DNA from: Vibrio vulnificus CMCP6
GTDB lineage: Bacteria > Pseudomonadota > Gammaproteobacteria > Enterobacterales > Vibrionaceae
Length of the DNA: 32,000 nucleotides
Assembly: GCF_000039765.1 (NCBI RefSeq)
Contig: NC_004460.2
Coordinates: 1,380,001 to 1,412,000 of the forward strand
Reading direction: 5' to 3'
The notes beneath the pieces are model-generated. The model was not told where the DNA came from. It worked only from the letters and a program-made list of their open reading frames with translations, and made no database searches. The translations under genes and the position numbers were made by a program. Positions 27,302-32,000 of this stretch are shown here, piece by piece (the stretch's first letter is position 1; the number at the start of each line of letters is the position of its first letter).

Positions 27302-27324
27302 GCTCATGAAACAGTTTCATGAGC
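27302..27324. promoter_or_regulatory. Perfect 23-bp palindrome (11-1-11) upstream of the LacI gene
   Basis: GCTCATGAAAC-A-GTTTCATGAGC contains the same CATGAAA half-site seen upstream of the porin, but with odd spacing. Confidence 0.5.
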
Positions 27325-27386
27325 ACTAAATAAAGTGAGTTGGCCTTCATTATTTAAGCATTTACTCATTTTAACCCCCACTTGGC

Positions 27387-27402
27387 TGTGATCTTGATCG
27401 CG
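27387..27402. promoter_or_regulatory. Weak CRP-like site upstream of the LacI/ABC operon
   Basis: TGTGA-tcttga-TCGCG has one perfect half-site and one matching 3 of 5. Confidence 0.2.
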
Positions 27403-27437
27403 CGTCTCTAGCGGAGAATAGGAAATACTTAGCGGCA

Positions 27438-27451
27438 TGAAAGCGGTTTCG
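27438..27451. promoter_or_regulatory. LacI-family-type operator candidate just upstream of the LacI gene
   Basis: TGAAAGCGGTTTCG has the form TGAAA-NCGN-TTTCN and lies 32 nt upstream of the GTG start. Confidence 0.4.
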
Positions 27452-27482
27452 AAAACAAGGCGCAAACGTAAGGAGCAAAAGA

Positions 27483-28487
27483 GTGGCAACGATTAAAGAT
27501 GTATCGGAATACGCAGGCGTGTCTCAAGCAACCGTTTCTCGGGTTGTGAATGGCTCTTGCCGCGTTAGCCACGATAAAAAACTCCGCGTTGAAAAAGCGA
27601 TCCAAGTGTTGGGCTATCGGCCGAACGCCATCGCTCAAGCGCTTGCTTCTAGCCGCACTGGCAGTATAGGCATCATCGTGCCCGAGCTGGGTGGGCCGTT
27701 TTATTCCGGCATTTTGCACTGCATTGAAGAACAGTTTCGCCGTTTTGGTTACCACGTGATTGTCACCGCCGGTAACAACAGTGAGCAGAGCCAACGGGAA
27801 TCGGTGGAATTTCTTCTTGGCAGGCGAGTGGACGCGATGATCCTCCACACGCAAAACCTGTCGGATGACTATTTAATTGAGTTGGAAAGCAAAGGCATTC
27901 CGCTGGTGCTGGTGAACCGTTTTATACCCGAGCTCGCCAGCAGCTGTATTGATATTGATAACGAGCTGGGGGGACGAATGGCAACGGAATATCTGTTGCA
28001 ACGTGGCCACCACAGCATCGCCTGTATTACCGGACCTCTGGACAAATCTGACGCACGGGGGCGTTTACAAGGTTACCGCAAAGCTTTAGAAGCGGCGGGC
28101 ATCGAGTATGACGAGGCGTTGGTGTCCGAGGCCGGTTTTACCGAAGAGAGTGGCGCAAGTGCCATGCGAAAATTACTCAATCGCGGACAGACTTTTTCTG
28201 CGGTATTCGCGTGTAACGATCACATGGCGTTTGGGGCTTTCGAGGTAATGAAAGAGCAACGAATTCGAATTCCCGAAGACGTTTCTCTGGTGGGGTTTGA
28301 TGACATTTTGTTTGCGCGCTACTTAACTCCCGCACTGACCACCGTCAATTTCCCCATTGAGCAAATGAGTCTGGAGGCAGTACAGCTCACTTTGCAAATA
28401 TTGAATAAAAACAAACGTGACGTGAATTTTCGCCTATCGCCGACCTTGGTGATCCGAGAGTCCGTTAACGTGAGTTCGACCCTATAA
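27483..28487 (+). CDS. LacI-family transcriptional regulator
   Basis: HTH ATIKDVSEYAGVSQATVSRVVNG followed by a periplasmic-binding-fold core. The start is GTG with SD AAGGAG 7 nt upstream. Confidence 0.93.
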   Translation: MATIKDVSEYAGVSQATVSRVVNGSCRVSHDKKLRVEKAIQVLGYRPNAIAQALASSRTGSIGIIVPELGGPFYSGILHCIEEQFRRFGYHVIVTAGNNSEQSQRESVEFLLGRRVDAMILHTQNLSDDYLIELESKGIPLVLVNRFIPELASSCIDIDNELGGRMATEYLLQRGHHSIACITGPLDKSDARGRLQGYRKALEAAGIEYDEALVSEAGFTEESGASAMRKLLNRGQTFSAVFACNDHMAFGAFEVMKEQRIRIPEDVSLVGFDDILFARYLTPALTTVNFPIEQMSLEAVQLTLQILNKNKRDVNFRLSPTLVIRESVNVSSTL

Positions 28488-28507
28488 AAACCATTAAGGA
28501 CAATACC

Positions 28508-29752
28508 ATGAAACTGACATCATTGACGCTTGCTTGCAGTGTGGCTCTGGGACTCGCCGCCACGGTGAATGCCGCAGAACAGAAAATCCGCTTCGATGGC
28601 TTTCCCGATTTTGACAGCAGCTTAAAAGTGCTGTTGCCGGAATTTGAACAAGAAACGGGCATCAAAGTGGATTATTTGATGAACAACCACGGCGATCACC
28701 ACACCAAGTTGACCACTAACCTCGCCACAGGCTCAGGCGCAGGGGATGTGATTGTCGTTGACGTTGAGAAGATTGGTCCGTTTGTCGCCTCGGGTGGTTT
28801 GGTTAACCTTTCTCAGCAATATGGCGCCGATAAATATCAAGAACGTTTTGCACCGTACGCTTGGGCACAAGGCAAAGGGGCGGATGGCAATATGTACGGT
28901 ATTCCCGTCGACCTTGGCCCTGGGGTGATGTACTACCGCAGCGACATTTTTGCCAAAGCGGGCATTGATGTGAAAGAGGCGATCAAAGATTGGGATTCGT
29001 ACATCGCGGCGGGTGAAAAACTCAAGCAGCAAAACGTGCAGTTGATTGCCTCTGCGGCGGACGTGGCGCAAGCGATCATCTTCACCACCGTACCGGAAGG
29101 AGAAGGGCTCTACTTCGATAAAGAGGGCAACCCAGTTGTCACCTCGGAACGCTTTGTTCACGCCTTTGAAGTGGCGAAAACCATTCGCGACAAAGGGTTA
29201 GATGGCCGCATTTTGGCGTGGTCAAACGAATGGTATGAAGGCTTCCGCAACGGCACCTTTGCCACCCAACTTTCTGGCGCGTGGCTATTGGGCCACCTCA
29301 ATAACTGGATTGCGCCAGAAACCGCCGGAAAATGGGGCGTCTCTCACCTGCCTGATGGCATTTACGGCAGTTGGGGCGGTTCGTTCCTCTCGATTCCGAC
29401 TCAATCAAAACATCAGGATGAAGCGTGGAAGCTGATCGAGTACATGACGACGCGTCGTGATATTCAGTTGCAGCATTTCGCCACCATTGCGGCGTTCCCG
29501 GCCAACACCACCACTTATGATGACCCTATGTTCCAAGAAGAGATTGCCTTCTTAGGCGGCCAGCAAGCGCGCGTGTTGTTTGCCGATGTGGCAAAAAACA
29601 TCAAACCGGTTGCGCCAGCTAAGGGCGATCACGTCGCACGGTCTATCATTTTAGAAAACGCCTTGATGGAAGTGTTGGATGAAGGCAAAGACATCAAAAC
29701 CGCGCTCAAAGAAGCGGAACGTCTGATTAAGCGCCGCACGCGCAATATGTAA
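28508..29752 (+). CDS. Sugar ABC transporter substrate-binding protein (family 1)
   Basis: Signal peptide MKLTSLTLACSVALGLAATVNA, 414 aa, followed by two MalFG-type permeases. Confidence 0.88.
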   Translation: MKLTSLTLACSVALGLAATVNAAEQKIRFDGFPDFDSSLKVLLPEFEQETGIKVDYLMNNHGDHHTKLTTNLATGSGAGDVIVVDVEKIGPFVASGGLVNLSQQYGADKYQERFAPYAWAQGKGADGNMYGIPVDLGPGVMYYRSDIFAKAGIDVKEAIKDWDSYIAAGEKLKQQNVQLIASAADVAQAIIFTTVPEGEGLYFDKEGNPVVTSERFVHAFEVAKTIRDKGLDGRILAWSNEWYEGFRNGTFATQLSGAWLLGHLNNWIAPETAGKWGVSHLPDGIYGSWGGSFLSIPTQSKHQDEAWKLIEYMTTRRDIQLQHFATIAAFPANTTTYDDPMFQEEIAFLGGQQARVLFADVAKNIKPVAPAKGDHVARSIILENALMEVLDEGKDIKTALKEAERLIKRRTRNM

Positions 29753-29755
29753 TCT

Positions 29756-29823
29756 TGCCGATGGCTTCAATGACGAAGCCATCAAGGCATCCAGTAAAGC
29801 AGGGAAGGGGCATGCTCCTTCCC
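29756..29823 (+). promoter_or_regulatory. Two intercistronic RNA hairpins between the SBP and permease genes
   Basis: Hairpin 1 is TGCC-GATGGCTTC-aatgac-GAAGCCATC-aa-GGCA (29756-29789). Hairpin 2 is GGGAAGG-ggcatgct-CCTTCCC (29802-29823), a near-perfect 22-nt palindrome. They are followed by SD AAGAGG and ATG 29842. Confidence 0.6.
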
Positions 29824-29841
29824 GAGCAAGAGGTCGTGACT

Positions 29842-30831
29842 ATGAATCATGCAGCGAGCAAGGTTATGGAAACATCACAGCGTAAGAGTTTTTTTTCTCA
29901 TCTCAATTTGAAAGCGCTTACACCGTATGGATTTTTGCTGCCGTTTTTGATTATTTTTTCTGTGTTCGGGGTCTTCCCGTTACTGTTTTCTATTTTTCTC
30001 TCCTTTCACGAGTGGAACCCCGTGGAAGGGTTGGGGGCGATGAACTATGTGGGGCTTGAGAATTACCACATCGCCTTAACCGATCCTTGGTTGTGGCGTT
30101 CACTCAAAAATACCTTGTGGCTGGCCATTACCTCCGGCGTGGCGCAACACCTTGTGGCGTTACCTGTGGCTTACATCTTGGTGTCGATGAGTGATCGCCT
30201 GCGTCATTGGCTGACATCGGCTTATTTTTTGCCGTTCATCACCTCAACCGTTGCCGCGTCGCTGATCTTCTTCAACATGTATTCACCCAATTCGGGGATC
30301 ATCAACCAAAGCTTGATGGCATTGGCAGACAGTTCACTGCTGGGTTGGGCCTTCTCTTGGGTGAATGACTATCAGCCGATTCGCTGGCTTGATGACGCCA
30401 GTATGGTCAAACCGTCCATCGCCATTATGGTGTTTTGGAAATACACCGGTTTCAATATCGTGCTCTACACCACCGGCCTCATGACCATTCCGAAAGAGAT
30501 TTTGGAAGCGGCGCGCATGGATGGTGCCAATGCGTGGCGTCGTTTCTGGAGCATTTCTTTGCCAATGATTCGCCCGTTTATTTTCTTCGCTGTCACCATG
30601 ACCATCATCGGCAACTTGCAGCTGTTTGAAGAGCCGTTTGTGCTGACGCGCGGCACCGGTGGCACGGGGCAGTCTGGCTTAACCATCTCGATGTATTTGT
30701 ACAAAGTGGGTTGGGAGTGGCTTGAAATGGGCACGGCGTCTGCGATTTCGTGGCTACTGTTTATTTTGATTGCGGGCTGTACCGCAGTGCAATTTTTCTT
30801 CTTTGGTAAGAAAGGGTTAGGGGAGCAATAA
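29842..30831 (+). CDS. Sugar ABC transporter permease (MalF/UgpA-like)
   Basis: EAA loop EAARMDGANAWRRFWSISLPMIRP and six TM segments. Start moved from the track's TTG 29755 to ATG 29842 (SD AAGAGG), because the extension is occupied by the hairpins. Confidence 0.88.
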   Translation: MNHAASKVMETSQRKSFFSHLNLKALTPYGFLLPFLIIFSVFGVFPLLFSIFLSFHEWNPVEGLGAMNYVGLENYHIALTDPWLWRSLKNTLWLAITSGVAQHLVALPVAYILVSMSDRLRHWLTSAYFLPFITSTVAASLIFFNMYSPNSGIINQSLMALADSSLLGWAFSWVNDYQPIRWLDDASMVKPSIAIMVFWKYTGFNIVLYTTGLMTIPKEILEAARMDGANAWRRFWSISLPMIRPFIFFAVTMTIIGNLQLFEEPFVLTRGTGGTGQSGLTISMYLYKVGWEWLEMGTASAISWLLFILIAGCTAVQFFFFGKKGLGEQ

Positions 30832-30832
30832 G

Positions 30833-31714
30833 ATGTCGACCAAACACAACGCATTATTGCCGTGGAAACCGAGTGAGCAAGCCTTGGCTCTGCTGACAAA
30901 AAGCCTGATGGTATTGCTGGCGGTGGTGCTGATTGTCTCCGCCATCATGACGGTGTTTCCGTTCTTGTGGTCGGCGCTGCTGTCCACGCGAGATCGCACC
31001 GAAATCTTTGGTACAGGAATCAGCTTTGCCATTGGCGATAGCTTGGCGGTGAACTACGCCAAACTGTTGGAAATCATGCCGTTTTGGCAGGCGATGTTTA
31101 ACTCCATTTACATTGCCTTCCTTGGCACCACCATCTCACTGCTGTTTTGCAGCATGGGTGGCTACGCTTTTGCCGTTTACCAATTTAAAGGTAAGAATTT
31201 TCTCTTTGGCATGCTGGTGGGTTCAATGATGATCCCGCCCGTATTGAGCCTCATTCCCTACTTTATGATCGTCAAATTCCTCGGTTTGCTCGATAACCAC
31301 ATGGCGGTGTGGCTGCCCTTTACCACCACGCCATTCGGGATTTTCTTGATGCGTCAGCACGTGGTGGCCTCGATTCCCAAAGAGCTACTCGAAGCGGCGA
31401 AACTCGATGGCGCAGGGGAATTTCGCACCTACTGGAGCGTGGTGCTACCACTGATGAAACCCGCATTGGCGACCTTAGCGATTGTGCAGTTTGTCTTTTT
31501 CTGGAACAGCTTCATGAACCCGTTGGTGGTGCTGACCACGCCAGAGAACTACGTGATTACCCAAGCGCTGCGAAGCGTACAAGGCATTCCTAATACGCCT
31601 TGGGGGGCGGTGATGCTGGGCACCACCATCTCCATTTTACCGTTAGTGATTACTTACTTATTTGCCTCGAAACAGATGATCAGCGGCCTCACCTCCGGCG
31701 CAGTCAAAGGCTAA
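30833..31714 (+). CDS. Sugar ABC transporter permease (MalG/UgpE-like)
   Basis: EAA loop EAAKLDGAGEFRTYWSVVLPLMKP. The start is 1 nt after the upstream stop. Confidence 0.9.
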   Translation: MSTKHNALLPWKPSEQALALLTKSLMVLLAVVLIVSAIMTVFPFLWSALLSTRDRTEIFGTGISFAIGDSLAVNYAKLLEIMPFWQAMFNSIYIAFLGTTISLLFCSMGGYAFAVYQFKGKNFLFGMLVGSMMIPPVLSLIPYFMIVKFLGLLDNHMAVWLPFTTTPFGIFLMRQHVVASIPKELLEAAKLDGAGEFRTYWSVVLPLMKPALATLAIVQFVFFWNSFMNPLVVLTTPENYVITQALRSVQGIPNTPWGAVMLGTTISILPLVITYLFASKQMISGLTSGAVKG

Positions 31715-31731
31715 GTGAAACAAAAAAATAA

Positions 31732-32000
<269 letters not shown>

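Overview
This window reads as ordinary gammaproteobacterial chromosome. By inference it is Vibrionaceae-like, given strong YghU, ChaA and GabD orthologues, many c-di-GMP and chemotaxis genes, and roughly 45-50% G+C. I can support 28 protein-coding genes. I see no rRNA, tRNA, CRISPR array, transposase, integrase or phage gene. From left to right: (1) a large beta-rich protein of unknown function whose frame is still open at the left window edge and which contains a G10 homopolymer; (2) a signalling and housekeeping stretch with a HAD-IB hydrolase, an MCP, a membrane protein, a stand-alone EAL, gabD, yghU, a tandem HD/HD-GYP protein, a Na/Pi-PhoU transporter, an M16 lipoprotein peptidase, a VOC enzyme and two LysR regulators; (3) a co-oriented dedA-chaA pair flanked by two unannotated tiny hydrophobic ORFs; (4) a signalling cluster with an orphan family-3 SBP, an HK-RR pair, and a GGDEF cyclase preceded by a small secreted molybdopterin-oxidoreductase-like protein; (5) a beta-glucoside-type sugar locus with a LamB/ScrY-type porin, a LacI regulator, an SBP, two permeases and the start of a GH1 beta-glucosidase, with no ATPase in the window. 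I did not find a convincing multi-gene defence or mobile system. The most unusual items are the edge-truncated orphan protein with its G10 tract, the secreted Moco-like protein plus diguanylate cyclase operon, the tandem HD/HD-GYP enzyme, a perfect 23-bp palindrome with LacI-type operators in the sugar locus, two small hydrophobic ORFs, and a decaying 13-bp tandem repeat. All family calls come from motif recognition by eye. No database search was run.
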